A stretch of 64,000 bases of DNA from Calditrichia bacterium (GTDB lineage: Bacteria; Calditrichota; Calditrichia; JAJRVZ01), in NCBI GenBank assembly GCA_963796965.1, contig CAWCNS010000004.1, positions 384,001 through 448,000 on the forward strand. The letters run 5' to 3'. This document shows positions 1-11,200 of this stretch, piece after piece; position 1 is the stretch's first letter; each line of letters begins with the position of its first letter. The translations under genes were made by a program, and so were the position numbers. Below the pieces are notes generated by a model that did no database searches, was not told where the DNA came from, and saw only the letters and a list, made by a program, of their open reading frames with translations.

Positions 1-2
1 AA

Positions 3-599
3 AAACAATTAGGTGTCCCCCATATATATTTTTCAGGTCCGGGAGGTAATATTACTGCAGGAAAATATAATGACGGATCACCTGAACGCCGACCCGTATT
101 GACAGAACGTGTTGAGAAGGCTATGAGCAAAGCCTGGGAAGGGACAAAAAAAGTAACGGTGTCTCAATCACATATAGAATGGAGAAATATTGAGTCATTA
201 TTGCCTCTGGCAGAACATCTAAATGAAGATGAACTCATTTCCAATCTTAAAGATACAGAAACAGATTCATTAAAGAAGTTCACTGCGGCGAAACATCTTG
301 CCTGGCTTCGCCGGACCAAAGAAGGACATAAGGTTAATATATCGGCTCTAAAACTAGGACAAATATGGCTGTTAAATCTTCCCGGCGAAACTTTTATAGA
401 ATTCCAGTTAGCGGCTCAAAATTTAAAAATCGGTGAATATGTTTGTACAGCTGGTTATGAGGAATATGGCCCCGGTTACATTTGCACAGAAGTGGCCTAT
501 GGTCAGGGCGGGTATGAGTCTAGTAATAGAGCTTCACGTGTTGCACCGGAAGCGGAGGGAGAGATATTAAAGGCAATCAGCTTTGTGCTGAAAGAATAG
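3..599 (+). CDS. 5'-truncated hypothetical protein, C-terminal part of a neutral/alkaline ceramidase-like amidohydrolase
   Basis: Frame open from base 3 (KQLGVPHIYFSGPGGNITAGKYNDG...). The motifs LPGETFIEFQL and GYICTEVAYGQGGYE resemble the C-terminus of the 4569-5978 protein (LGGEVVIDY, GYIP..REGGYE). Confidence 0.55.
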   Translation, partial: KQLGVPHIYFSGPGGNITAGKYNDGSPERRPVLTERVEKAMSKAWEGTKKVTVSQSHIEWRNIESLLPLAEHLNEDELISNLKDTETDSLKKFTAAKHLAWLRRTKEGHKVNISALKLGQIWLLNLPGETFIEFQLAAQNLKIGEYVCTAGYEEYGPGYICTEVAYGQGGYESSNRASRVAPEAEGEILKAISFVLKE

Positions 600-687
600 A
601 TATCAAAATATTATAATAAATTTGTTATGCCCCAAGGAGGTATTTCGGGAATGCCTTTTATTTTAAGTGTTTAACGACTACATCGTA

Positions 688-1344
688 ATGAGAAAAAAAA
701 GTTATATCGTTAAAAAGATTGATTTTGATACTAAAAGTCTTGTTGGAAATAAGATTTGGGATGAGGCAAATTCCCTGAAATTATCCTATTATTTATGGAT
801 GAATAATGGTTATTCGCCGGATGTGTTTGTAAAAGTCCTCTATTCAGATCTTTATATCTATACTCTTTTTAAGGTATATGAAAAAAAAGTAAGAATACAG
901 TATACAAACTTTGGCGAAGATGTACATAAAGACAGTTGTGTTGAATTTTTTATCAACCTGTTTCCTGAAAAGTCGGACGACTACTTTAATATTGAGATAA
1001 ACGCCATTGGTGTCATGTCGATCGGTGCCGGAAAAAATAGAAACAGGTTTGAAAGAAGGCATTTTACAAAGAAAGAAACTAAGGGATTTGAGATTATCTC
1101 GTCAATAAAAGAACCTGTCTCAGGTCTCTATGGTGCCGATTCCTGGACTTTGCATTACCGAATTCCCATCAAATTTTTTGAAGATTATTATCAGGAACAA
1201 TTTACTTCTAACAAAGCAATAGCAAATTTCTATAAATGTGGTGACGAAACCGAAGTCGAGCATTATGGTGCATGGAATAAGGTGGAGAATCCATCACCGG
1301 ATTTTCATCTACCTCAATATTTTGGAAAAATAGTCTTTTCGTAA
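688..1344 (+). CDS. Carbohydrate-binding family 9-like (CBM9/DOMON-like) protein
   Basis: Motifs DSCVEFF, NIEINAIG, ANFYKCGD, HYGAWN and PDFHLPQYFG. ATG at 688 preferred over GTG at 667. Confidence 0.7.
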   Translation: MRKKSYIVKKIDFDTKSLVGNKIWDEANSLKLSYYLWMNNGYSPDVFVKVLYSDLYIYTLFKVYEKKVRIQYTNFGEDVHKDSCVEFFINLFPEKSDDYFNIEINAIGVMSIGAGKNRNRFERRHFTKKETKGFEIISSIKEPVSGLYGADSWTLHYRIPIKFFEDYYQEQFTSNKAIANFYKCGDETEVEHYGAWNKVENPSPDFHLPQYFGKIVFS

Positions 1345-1405
1345 GGAGGAATGGCATATTTATAGATGCTGAGGGGGAACAGGTGATATAAATCAGAAAT
1401 ATTCC

Positions 1406-1588
1406 TTAGCCTGATGGATTCATAAATATCTCTCGCAGAGACGCAAAGTCGCAAAGAAATAATTATTTATAAATCTTTAAGAAAAAGAGTTTTAATATTA
1501 AATCTAAACTCACAAAATGTATATAATTCAATTAAAGATAAATTTTTGCGTCTCCGCGTCTTTGCGAGACATGAATTATCCAGGCTAA
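1406..1588. repeat. Nested inverted-repeat element: outer ~18-bp TIR and inner 8-nt-periodic CGCAAAGA-type arms
   Basis: Outer ttagcctgatggattcat (1406) / atgaattatccaggctaa (1571-1588). Inner tctcgcagagacgcaaagtcgcaaagaaat (1431-1460) / tttttgcgtctccgcgtctttgcgaga (1543-1569). Confidence 0.85.
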
Positions 1589-1672
1589 ATAACTAAATGT
1601 GGAGATTGAAAGTAATTCAAAAACAATGCTAATGAATGATATAAAAATATTTTAATCTGAAAGGGGCTGATC

Positions 1673-3046
1673 GTGAATAGAAAATCAATGTCTCGCCGCA
1701 GTTTTATTAATAAAACTTCTATGAGTATTGCTGGCACGACACTGGCCGCAAAAATGACATTAGCTTCAAATTTTCCTTTAAAATCAAATGCAAGCCAACC
1801 AGCCATTCTGGGAGGAACTCCTGCCTGTTCAAATAAATGGCCAAAGTGGCCTTTATGGGATCCGCAGACAGATGAAAAACAAATAATTGAAGTACTCAGA
1901 AGCGGTGTCTGGTCCAGAAAAGGTGTTGTTGCAGAGTTTGAAAAACAATGGGCTGAAATGCTGGGGGCAAAACGTTGTCTGGCAACGACAAATGGAACCC
2001 ACGCCCTAATAACCGGTCTCAGGATGTTGGGTGTAGGGGCGGGGGATGAAGTAATTACCACTCCCTACACTTTTATTGCCACAATCGATGCCATTATCCT
2101 CTGTAATGCGATGCCCGTTTTTGTGGATGTGGATCCGGAAACATTTCAGATAGATCCGGATAAGATTGAGGCAAAAATCACAGACAAGACCCGGGCAATA
2201 ATTCCCGTACATATTCTGGGATTGCCTGCTGATATGGGAAGGATTATGGCCATTGCTAAAAAGCATAATCTGGTAGTTCTTGAAGATGCCTGCCAGGCAC
2301 ATTTAGCTGAGTATAATGGGAAAAAAGTTAGTACTATTGGCGATGCCGGCTGTTTTAGTTTCCAGACATCAAAAAATCTGCCTCTTGGGGAAGGTGGTGC
2401 CCTTGTGAGTGACAATGATGCATTTATGGACCGGGCATTTTCCTATCATAATTTTGGACGTCCCTATGGAAGTATGATCGGAGATGTTGTTGGAGAATAC
2501 GTGATGGTTGGAACAAAATGTCGCGCGTCAGAATACCAGGCGGCTATTGGCCTTGCGCAGCTAAAACGGCTGGAAAGGCAAACAGATGTTCGGAATGAGA
2601 ATGCCTCCTATCTGAGATCTCAGATAAAAGACATACCGGGAATCAAACCCTATCGACTTTACGATGGTGTGACCCGAGCCACTTATCATCTTTTTCCTTT
2701 TCGCTATAAAAAAGAAGAATTTCAGAATTTATCCAGAAGAAAGTTCATTGATGCGCTCCGGGCAGAGGGCGTCTCATGTTCGATGGGATATTCACCTCTA
2801 AATAACATGCCTTATTTGAAAGACGCCCTTAATTCCCGCACATTTCAGGCGATCTATCCCAAAGATCAATTGGATTTTAATAACTATGTACGCCAGAATG
2901 CATGTCCGGAGAATGATCAACTCTGTGAGGAGGCAATATGGTTGCCACAGAATTCATTGCTGGCAAAAAAGAAGAATATGGATCAAATTGCCACGGCATT
3001 AAAAAAGATTCACGAGAATGCAGAGAAAATTGCCAAAAACACATGA
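1673..3046 (+). CDS. DegT/DnrJ/EryC1/StrS family PLP-dependent aminotransferase with twin-arginine-like N-terminus
   Basis: NGTHAL, GDEVIT..YTFIAT, EDACQAH and FSFQTSKNLPLGEGG (PLP lysine). N-terminal SRRSFI followed by a hydrophobic stretch. Confidence 0.9.
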   Translation: MNRKSMSRRSFINKTSMSIAGTTLAAKMTLASNFPLKSNASQPAILGGTPACSNKWPKWPLWDPQTDEKQIIEVLRSGVWSRKGVVAEFEKQWAEMLGAKRCLATTNGTHALITGLRMLGVGAGDEVITTPYTFIATIDAIILCNAMPVFVDVDPETFQIDPDKIEAKITDKTRAIIPVHILGLPADMGRIMAIAKKHNLVVLEDACQAHLAEYNGKKVSTIGDAGCFSFQTSKNLPLGEGGALVSDNDAFMDRAFSYHNFGRPYGSMIGDVVGEYVMVGTKCRASEYQAAIGLAQLKRLERQTDVRNENASYLRSQIKDIPGIKPYRLYDGVTRATYHLFPFRYKKEEFQNLSRRKFIDALRAEGVSCSMGYSPLNNMPYLKDALNSRTFQAIYPKDQLDFNNYVRQNACPENDQLCEEAIWLPQNSLLAKKKNMDQIATALKKIHENAEKIAKNT

Positions 3047-4452
3047 CAGTAAAAATAACCAGACGAAATTTTTTAAAACAAAGTTGTTGTATTGGAACCA
3101 CATCCATTCTAAGTGCGGGCCTATTCTCTGAGTTTTTCTCATGCAAAACAGTGGAAGATTTTGATTCTGATCCAGGACCCCTCTGCCAGGTGAAAAAAGA
3201 GGTCTATATCCCATCACCTGAGCCAGGTGTGGCAACAGTTGTCAGTATGACCTATATCGGACAGGGATTGCGTCGTGAAGAAGAGCGTTCGTTGATCAGA
3301 TCCAGTGATTGGACTGATAACTTGCAACGTCGTATATCCGAAGATAATGGCCGCAACTGGTCGGACTGGGACTTGATACACAAACAATGGCCAAAACAAG
3401 GAGATTTTACGCAATCTCTCGGGCCCTCCCAGCGCGGAACAGGACCCTATGACCCAATATCTGGTAGGCTCATTAAGCCTGTTTTTCAACGTTTGGTTAA
3501 GGGTGATCCTAAAGTGGCAATGAAAGTGCTTTGGAAAGGAAATCGCCTGTTCTCAGATCACGGTTTTTACCAACTCTCCGCTGATGATGGCAATACCTGG
3601 GGGGAGGCACAGATGTTGAAATATGAAGCAGGTCCTGATTTTGATCCTGATAATTGGGGAGATCCCCGCTATTTTCGGACAAATGAGATGTATATTGGAA
3701 GTCCTGCTGTATTATCAAACGGTACTGTTGTCATAAGTGCGACTATTCCCATCGAATACCGGGATGAGGAAGACGAAAAGATAAAGTCTGTTTTTCCTAA
3801 CACCTACCGAGAGGGTTGCGTTGCCGGAGCGGTCTGTTTTGTAGGTCGGTGGAATGAATCAGACCAGGACTATAAATGGATGCTATCTAAACCAATTTTT
3901 TTGTCCCGACAGAAATCATCACGGGGTCTGGTGGAACTGGATATCAGTGAATTAAAAAACGGAAATTTACTTCTCCTGATGAGAGGCTCAAACACAGGGC
4001 TGGATATTAATGAATATCCGGGCAGGAAATGGTTCTCTCTATCCAGAGACGGGGGGCTGAGCTGGAGCGAAGTTAAAGATATCCGATATGATACGGGCGA
4101 GCAACTCTATTCACCGGCATCAATATCTAAGACTATTCGCAGTTCTAAAACAGGTAAGTTATATTGGATTGGCAATATCCCTGAAAGACCCCCAAATGGG
4201 AATTCCCCAAGGTATCCGCTTCAGATTGTGGAGATTGATGAAAACGGACCTTCATTTAAAAAAAGTACCGTCACTGTGATTGACAATCGCGATCCTCAAC
4301 GGGACTCAGAACACTTGCAGCTCTCAAATTTTTCTCTTTTGGAAAACAGGGAGACTCATGAAATGGAGCTCTACCTGACGAGATTAGGGGAACTTGGAGG
4401 TGGACCAGAGTGATGGACGGCAGATGCTTATAAATATAAACTGGTGTTTTAG
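3043..4452 (+). CDS. BNR/Asp-box beta-propeller (sialidase-like) protein with Tat-like signal; in-frame TGA at 4411
   Basis: ATGA overlap with the upstream stop. TRRNFLK signal. Asp boxes SEDNGRNW, SADDGNTW and SRDGGLSW. The frame continues past TGA 4411-4413 as WTADAYKYKLVF to TAG at 4452. Confidence 0.7.
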
Positions 4453-4475
4453 ATTGAATAAGCTAAGAATAGACA

Positions 4476-4504
4476 GTAGAGACGTCCCGCCGGGACGTCT
4501 CTAC
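4476..4504. repeat. GTAG-type REP-like palindrome
   Basis: gtagagacgtccc-gcc-gggacgtctctac, a perfect 13-bp stem just downstream of a stop codon. Confidence 0.8.
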
Positions 4505-4568
4505 ATTTAAATTATCTGTAAACAATCTACATCGCGATATTGTTTTGTTATCATTTTTAGGAGTTCCA

Positions 4569-5978
4569 ATGAGAGAACATACAAGGACGTATATCATAAA
4601 AAATATCTTGGGTGTTTTGATATTTTTCCTCTTGAGCGGGAGTACTATTCTATATGCCCAGGATGATATATGGCAGGTAGGCGTGGCACGTGTAGATATA
4701 ACCCCGGAAGATTCTCTGTGGTTAGCGGGCTATGCCAGTCGTGATCATGCCGGAGGAGAGGCCCTCCATCAACTCTGGGCCAAATCTATCGCTCTTCAGG
4801 ATCAGAATGGGAAAAAGGCCGTATTAATAACAGCAGATGTATTAGGATTCCCCAAAATCATGTCTGATCATATTAGATCTAAATGTAAAGAAAAATATGG
4901 ACTGGACAGATCACAAATTATACTTAGCAGTTCGCATACCCATACCGGTCCGGTTCTGCGTGAGAGTCTTTATATCGTTTACCCCTTGAATGAAGATCAT
5001 ATTAAAAATATAGAAGACTATTCGGATAACCTGGAAAAACAAGTGATCAATCTTATAGGAACGGCATTAGAGAATATGGCCCCAGCCAGACTTTATTCCG
5101 CAAATGGTGTTGTCCGTTTTCAGGTTAACCGCCGCAATAATAATGTGAAATATCTATCCGCGCAGGCGGATCTGAATGGTCCAAATGATTATGCTGTTCC
5201 CGTTTTGCAGGCCAGGGATCTGGAAGGAAAATTAATTGCTATTTCTTTTGGATATGCTTGCCATCCAACCGTTTTAAACTCTTATCGATGGTCAGGTGAT
5301 TATCCTGGTTTTGCCCAGTTAGCCCTGGAAGATCGATTTCCCGGAACAACGGCCCTGTTTTTTCAAGGATGCGGTGCGGATCAAAATCCTCTTCCCCGGC
5401 GGTCTGTGTCTCTGGCAAGACAATATGGCGAGGAATTGGCTGCAGCTGTGGGAAGTGTGATTGAAGAAAATCTAACACCTCTTTCTTCTGATCTCAAAAC
5501 AGGTTATAAAGAGATCGATCTTGCACTAAATTCTCCGCCATCGAAAGAGGCTCTTGAAAAGTTATTCCTCGAATCAAAGTCTGCTTATCAGAAAAATTGG
5601 GCTTTAAAAAGGCTGAATGAATTGGATAAAAACATATCCGTCCCAGAAAAATATCTCTACCCGATTCAAGGATGGCAATTGGGTGATCAACATATCTTTA
5701 CCTTGGGAGGCGAGGTTGTCATTGATTATGCCATAACACTCAAACGATTATTTGGGCAGGAAGCATTTGTGATGGGTTATTGCAATGATGTTATGGGATA
5801 TATTCCTTCATTGCGTATATTGCGGGAAGGTGGTTATGAGGGGGCAACTTCACAGATTGTCTACGATATGCCTTCCACATGGCGTGCGGATATCGAATCA
5901 AAAATCATTTCCGGGGTGATCGATCTTGCCCAACGAACCGGGATTAAATTACCGGAATCAAAACTCATATCAGATTAA
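4569..5978 (+). CDS. Neutral/alkaline non-lysosomal ceramidase N-terminal domain protein (secreted)
   Basis: AGGAG RBS and signal peptide. Motifs GVARVDITP, LAGYASR, SSSHTHTGP, YACHPT, SGDYPG and QGCGADQNP. Confidence 0.8.
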   Translation: MREHTRTYIIKNILGVLIFFLLSGSTILYAQDDIWQVGVARVDITPEDSLWLAGYASRDHAGGEALHQLWAKSIALQDQNGKKAVLITADVLGFPKIMSDHIRSKCKEKYGLDRSQIILSSSHTHTGPVLRESLYIVYPLNEDHIKNIEDYSDNLEKQVINLIGTALENMAPARLYSANGVVRFQVNRRNNNVKYLSAQADLNGPNDYAVPVLQARDLEGKLIAISFGYACHPTVLNSYRWSGDYPGFAQLALEDRFPGTTALFFQGCGADQNPLPRRSVSLARQYGEELAAAVGSVIEENLTPLSSDLKTGYKEIDLALNSPPSKEALEKLFLESKSAYQKNWALKRLNELDKNISVPEKYLYPIQGWQLGDQHIFTLGGEVVIDYAITLKRLFGQEAFVMGYCNDVMGYIPSLRILREGGYEGATSQIVYDMPSTWRADIESKIISGVIDLAQRTGIKLPESKLISD

Positions 5979-6003
5979 TCTTGGTATTTACAAAAGAAAT
6001 TTT

Positions 6004-6164
6004 GACAGGATCACAGGATTTACAGGATTAGTTAAATAATAAGATCCTGAAATAAATTCAGAATGACCAAAACGTCATTCTCCCGATCAGAGATCGGGAT
6101 TTCGGAATCTAAAAGCAAAAAACATCTAATTTCCTGTAAATCCTGTAGATCCTGTGATCCTGTC
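6004..6164. mobile_element. Composite MITE-like element: ACAGGAT-periodic TIRs enclosing a pair of CGTC-type palindromes
   Basis: gacaggatcacaggatttacaggat (6004-6028) ... tcctgtaaatcctgtagatcctgtgatcctgtc (6132-6164). The inner part 6042-6110 recurs as a reverse complement at 54895-54962. Confidence 0.8.
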
Positions 6165-6179
6165 TATAAAAAAGGAGTA

Positions 6180-7912
6180 ATGATGAGAAAACTGACAAAA
6201 TCTCTATTAAGTATTATCTTTTTGATTATTCCTCTTACCATTGCCGCACAAATCACACCCGAACAAGATGTCATTATGTCTGTAGAGCGGATTTGGGATC
6301 GCGCAGAGCATAATGCCTTTCCCGGATTAATAGAATTTAACAACAAATTCTATTGTTCCTTTCGTGAAGGAACGGCCCATGTTTTTGGTGTTAATGGTAG
6401 TGTCCGGGTAATTGCTTCCGACGATGGACAAAATTGGTATTCTGTAGCTCATCTGTTTAAAGAAGAGGTGGATCTTCGTGATCCAAAATTATCTGTGACA
6501 CCTGATGGTCGCATAATGATAAATATTGGCGGTTCTGTCTATGTGGGAGAAGAGCTTGTTCGAATGGAACCCCTGGTCAGTTTCTCTGATACAGAGGGTG
6601 CCAATTTTAGTGCTCCACAAAATATACAAATCGATAAAAAAATCAGGACGGACAAAGATTGGCTTTGGCGGGCAACCTGGCATAAGGGCATGGCCTATGG
6701 AACGGTCTATCAGGCGCTGGGTCTAGAATCCAAATTACAATTGGTGCGTAGCCGTGATGGTATTAACTATGAATTTGTAAAAAATTTTGGTTTGGTGGGA
6801 AGGCCAAATGAGACCACTTTACGATTTTCTGAGGATGATAAACTATTTGCCATTGTCAGACGGGAAAGTGGTAGTACCCATGGATTTTTCGGAAGCAGTG
6901 ATCCTCCCTACACTCAGTGGAAATGGCAGGAACTGGATGCCCAATTGGGTGGACCGGATCTGTTGATTCTGCCGGATGGAAATATGATAGCCGGTTCGCG
7001 AGAATATCCTGAGAATTTTAATCAAAGGATGATACTTGCAAAGGTGACTATGGATGGCAATTTCAGGAAATTAGTTACGCTGCCCAGTGGTGGCGATTGC
7101 AGTTATCCGGGTTTGTTGATAAAAGATAATATTCTCTACGTTGCTTATTACTCAACCCATGAAGAGCGAACTTCCATGTACCTGGCGAGATTGTGGCTGG
7201 ATCGACTGAAAAATTGGGTCGATATGGAGGAGTCAGCAGCACCTTCAGTCAAATCAGATAAAAATGGGCTGGTTAGCATTAAATATTCCTAATGATGCAG
7301 AGGTTCGATATACTCTGGATGGTACAAGCCCGACTGAAGCACATGGTTTTACATATAAAAAGCCCTTTCAGGTTAAAAAAACAACACCATTACGGATTCG
7401 GGCATTCGAAACCGGAAAATTTGGCAGTAAGATGATTTCAACAGCGGTTGGGACTGATATTTATCAGGATGCACGAAACATTGAAGGTGAATTAAAACCA
7501 GGATTACAGTATACATCTTACGATGGCGAAATATTCCGCGTTCAAAATATAGGCGGTTTGCGAAAAATGGCATCCGGGACCGTTCAAAATATTGACATCA
7601 CTGATAGTGGAAAAAGAAGAAAATTTCGCACTCAAATTCGACGGGTATCTATCTGTTCCTGAGGATGGATTATATACGTTTTTTCTGGTCTCAAATGATG
7701 GGAGCCAGTTGAAGTTGAACGATAAAGAATTTATTGACAACGATGGTCCCCATGGAGATAGAGAGGTCTCAATGGGTACATCCTTGCGGGCAGGCAAGCA
7801 CAAAATCGAATTGAATTATTTTCAGCAGGGTGGTGGAAAGAAATTAAAGTTATACTGGCAAGGCCCGGGATTCGACAAGCAAGAAATTCCAGATTCGGTT
7901 CTGTCCCATTAA
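6180..7912 (+). CDS. BNR/sialidase-like propeller + FN3-associated (CHB_HEX_C-like) + PA14 domain protein; frameshifted near 7285 and 7607
   Basis: AGGAG RBS at ~6172. HNAF, SDDGQNW, DLRDP, SRDG and SGGDCSYPG, then VRYTLDGTSP, then YTFFLVSNDGSQL..IDNDGPHG..YFQQGGG. Three consecutive ORF pieces join into one protein. Confidence 0.75.
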
Positions 7913-7917
7913 AAAAT

Positions 7918-8204
7918 GACAGGATCACAGGATCTACAGGATATCTTTATCTGATTTAGAAAAATATTGAAGATCTTCGTGGCTCTTTGTGTTTCCTTTG
8001 TGTCACTTCGTGCAACTACAAGAGTATCACGAAGTGCCATGGAGTTTTCACGAAAAGCACGAAGTTTCTTAATAATTAGATCCTGAAATAAATTCAGGAT
8101 GACCACTTTGTCATTCTGAATCCTGGCCTGTCGCCAGGACAGGCTTGTTTCAGAATCTGAATCCCAAAATTATCAAGACATCCTGTTAATTCTGTGACCC
8201 TGTC
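7918..8204. mobile_element. Composite MITE-like element: ACAGGAT TIRs enclosing a CACGAAG-periodic IR pair (7975-8064) and a CGTC-type palindrome pair (8078-8158)
   Basis: gacaggatcacaggatctacaggat ... atcctgttaattctgtgaccctgtc. It fills almost the whole spacer between the stop codon and the next RBS. Confidence 0.8.
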
Positions 8205-8228
8205 TAAAAAGATAATCAGGAGAAAAAA

Positions 8229-11200
8229 ATGATTCCATATTCAAGAATTCTGATATTGGTTATCCTAATTAATGTTTTATTCTTTGTCTCATCAAATTCT
8301 GCTGCTGAATGGCAAAAGAAATATAATTATATACAGGTTCGTGAAAAATTCAATCAGCCTCCCTTATTTTATGCGCCGCATACATTTTGGTTCTGGGATG
8401 CCCCACTTGATAAATCGTTAACGGCATCTATGGCCAGAGAAATGGCAGCGAAACGTCTTAATCCGGGCTATGCCCATCCAAGGCATAGTGGGGACCAACA
8501 CAAACCTTATCCCACTTTACCAGTTGACCAATGGTTGTCTCCCCTCTGGTTTGAAAGTTTTGGAACCGCTTTATCAGAAGCACAGACGGTAGGAATGACC
8601 CTTGGATATTGTGACGAATATTGGTGGCCCAGTGGTCAGGCAGCGGGGCGTGTATTGAAAAAAAATCCGGAATTGGCTGCCCAGTCGCTGGAATGGAATA
8701 AGCAGATCGTATCCGGGCCTGATCAGTTAGAACTGCCTGCTTCAAAATTTACAGTGGCTGGCCAGCTCTCTGAGAAAGGGAGAATCAATGCAAGCACTCT
8801 CAGAATTATTGGAGAGGACCAGGCTTTTAAATGGAACATACCTGATGGAAAGTGGGTGGTATATTCTTATAATACTTATTATCATCCTGGTGTCGATGGA
8901 GGAGAGGTAAATTATTTAGATAACCGGTTAATGGATACCTTTATCCCGATTGCCCATGAATCCTATGAAAAGCATTTTAAAGATCAGATGGGAAATACAA
9001 TCCCCGGTGTTTTTGTCGATAATGAAGGAGATTTTGGCTGGCAAATGGCCTGGTCGGAGTTTTTAGCGAAGCGCTATATGGAAATGAAAGACAGGGATAT
9101 ACGCTTATGGCTTCCTTTGCTGACAGAAGAGGATGATGAAGGATTATGGGCCAAGGCTCGCTATGACTGGTTTGATGTTGTCTCAGATGTCTATTCAAAA
9201 CAATATCTGGGCCGGCTTAGCGACTGGCTGAGTGATCGTGATATGTACTGCATTTCCAATTTATGGGAAGAAGATCTCATGTTGCAGACTCGGGCTGTGG
9301 GTGACTTTATGCGAGCCCAGCGTACGGTGACAATGCCTGGAAACGACTGCCTGCAAATGAAATCACAGCAGGTGCATGATTTTAAAGAAACACAATCGGT
9401 TTGTGAATTCGAAGACAAACCATTTATGAGTGAATTAATGGGGGTGGCCGGCTGGGAACAGACACCGGTGCAAATGAAGATGACCTTAAATTCGGTTACT
9501 GCTTTTGGAATCACACATAATGTACCGCATGGTATTAATCTGAACCGTATACTGGAAACCATACCTTATCCGGCAGACTGGTATACCGAAAACCCCTACT
9601 GGCATTATATGCATTTGTGGACCGATTTTGCACGTCGCGCCTCTTTTGTAAACCGTCAAGGAAAATTAGTGGCTGATATACTGCTTATTAACCCCCTTGA
9701 AAGTGTATGGGCTTTATCAGAAGGTTATTTTACAGGCGTGGATGGAAATCAATGGCCCGAAAAAGCCAAAGAGATCAATGAGGTTTATTCTATTGCCATG
9801 GATTCCCTGACCGCAAGGCGCTTGGATTTTTTAATTGCGGATCGTCACTATATGAATAAAGCCAGGGTTGTGAAGACAAGTACCCAGCAAAAGGCCAGTC
9901 TTAACATAGCTGATCATGATTTTTCAGTAATTGTGCTATCTCCAATGATCATTCTTTCCCGCTCTACTTCAGAGAAAATACTCAAATTTGCCCGGGCAGG
10001 CGGCTCTGTTTTTATATTGGGTTCTCTTCCTGAGGGTTCTCCGGAAACAGGGGCCAAAGATCAACAAATCGTAAAGGATATGGAAGATCTGGTTAAACTG
10101 CCTTCCGTTATCAATCTGGCAGATACAAGAAATAATCATAAACTGCTTGCAGATAGAATTGAATCAGCCATCGAAAAACAGGTTGAAATAATTTCCGGTA
10201 CGCTTCCCTTAACTATTGCGCATCGCAAAATCGATAATAAAAACTTTTATTGGCTTGTTAATAATACAGATCGAAACGAGAAGATGCGCCTCTCCTTCAG
10301 AGATGGTAGTGGGGGCGTAGAAATATGGGATTGTGAAAAAGGCGAGATACGGGCTGTCGTCAGTAAATCACAAAAAAACCGAACAGTCGTTGATCTCCAA
10401 ATTGATCCTTATCAGGCTTTTTGGCTGGTTATTGATTCGGATAAGCCCGTAGTTAAAATTGGGGATCAATCCAGGCCAGCCGTAAAAGAACTGGTACTCA
10501 CTGAACCGTGGCAGTTTTCTTTTCCTGAAACACAGGTAATTGAGACCACATCTGCACGAACCTTGATCACAACGGATACGAATCATGTCTCCGCGTATTT
10601 GGATACAGATTATAATGATTCAGAGTGGCGCTGGCTCAATATCACCGGTCCAGTTAGGATAGCTGATACATGGCGGGCCTCGTTGCTCCACAATCCCAAG
10701 CCAGAAAGTGACCGTTATTACCGTTATAAATTTGTACTAAAAGAAAAGCCAGATGGTGCCTTAATAAATATTAATGCTGATAACGAGGTTTGGTTCTGGG
10801 TTAATGAACAAGCCGTAAAACCAGGACCAAATTCCTCCAATTTAACTGATGCGGACTTGCACGACATCGGTTCAATCCTGAAAAAAGGTGAAAATATTAT
10901 TGCTGTAAAGACGAGTAATCGTCCCGGATACGGATCAATGATATTTCAGGGAACGGTTCAACTGGCCGATGGCAGCACGTTTGATATTCTCTCTGGTATT
11001 GATTGGAAGGAATCGACGGAAGAGGCGTCCGGATGGCAAAAATTCGACTTTGATGACACCCGATGGGGAAAAGCAATTACAGCAGACCTGAAAATGCAGG
11101 AAAGAGATTTGCACAGCATGCGGGAGCCGGTTATGGTTAGTTTTACCAAAAGTGTGGCCTGGTGGCGGATGAACTTACCTCCCGGAACAAAAGAGGTAGG

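Noticed and set aside
2938..3042. CxxC-containing N-terminus of the 2938 ORF
   Set aside because: It overlaps the aminotransferase in another frame. The ATGA-coupled start at 3043 gives a Tat-like leader.
4411..4504. Selenocysteine or alternative genetic code
   Set aside because: TGA is a normal stop at 3046, 11750, 15545, 36656 and 47078. The nearby hairpin is a GTAG-type palindrome ~60 nt away, not an adjacent SECIS.
6063..6179. Cys-rich N-terminal extension (SCKSCRSCDPV) of the 6063 ORF, and the similar ORF 7909-8106
   Set aside because: This is a translation of the ATCCTGT periodic repeat. The real start follows the AGGAG RBS, at 6180.
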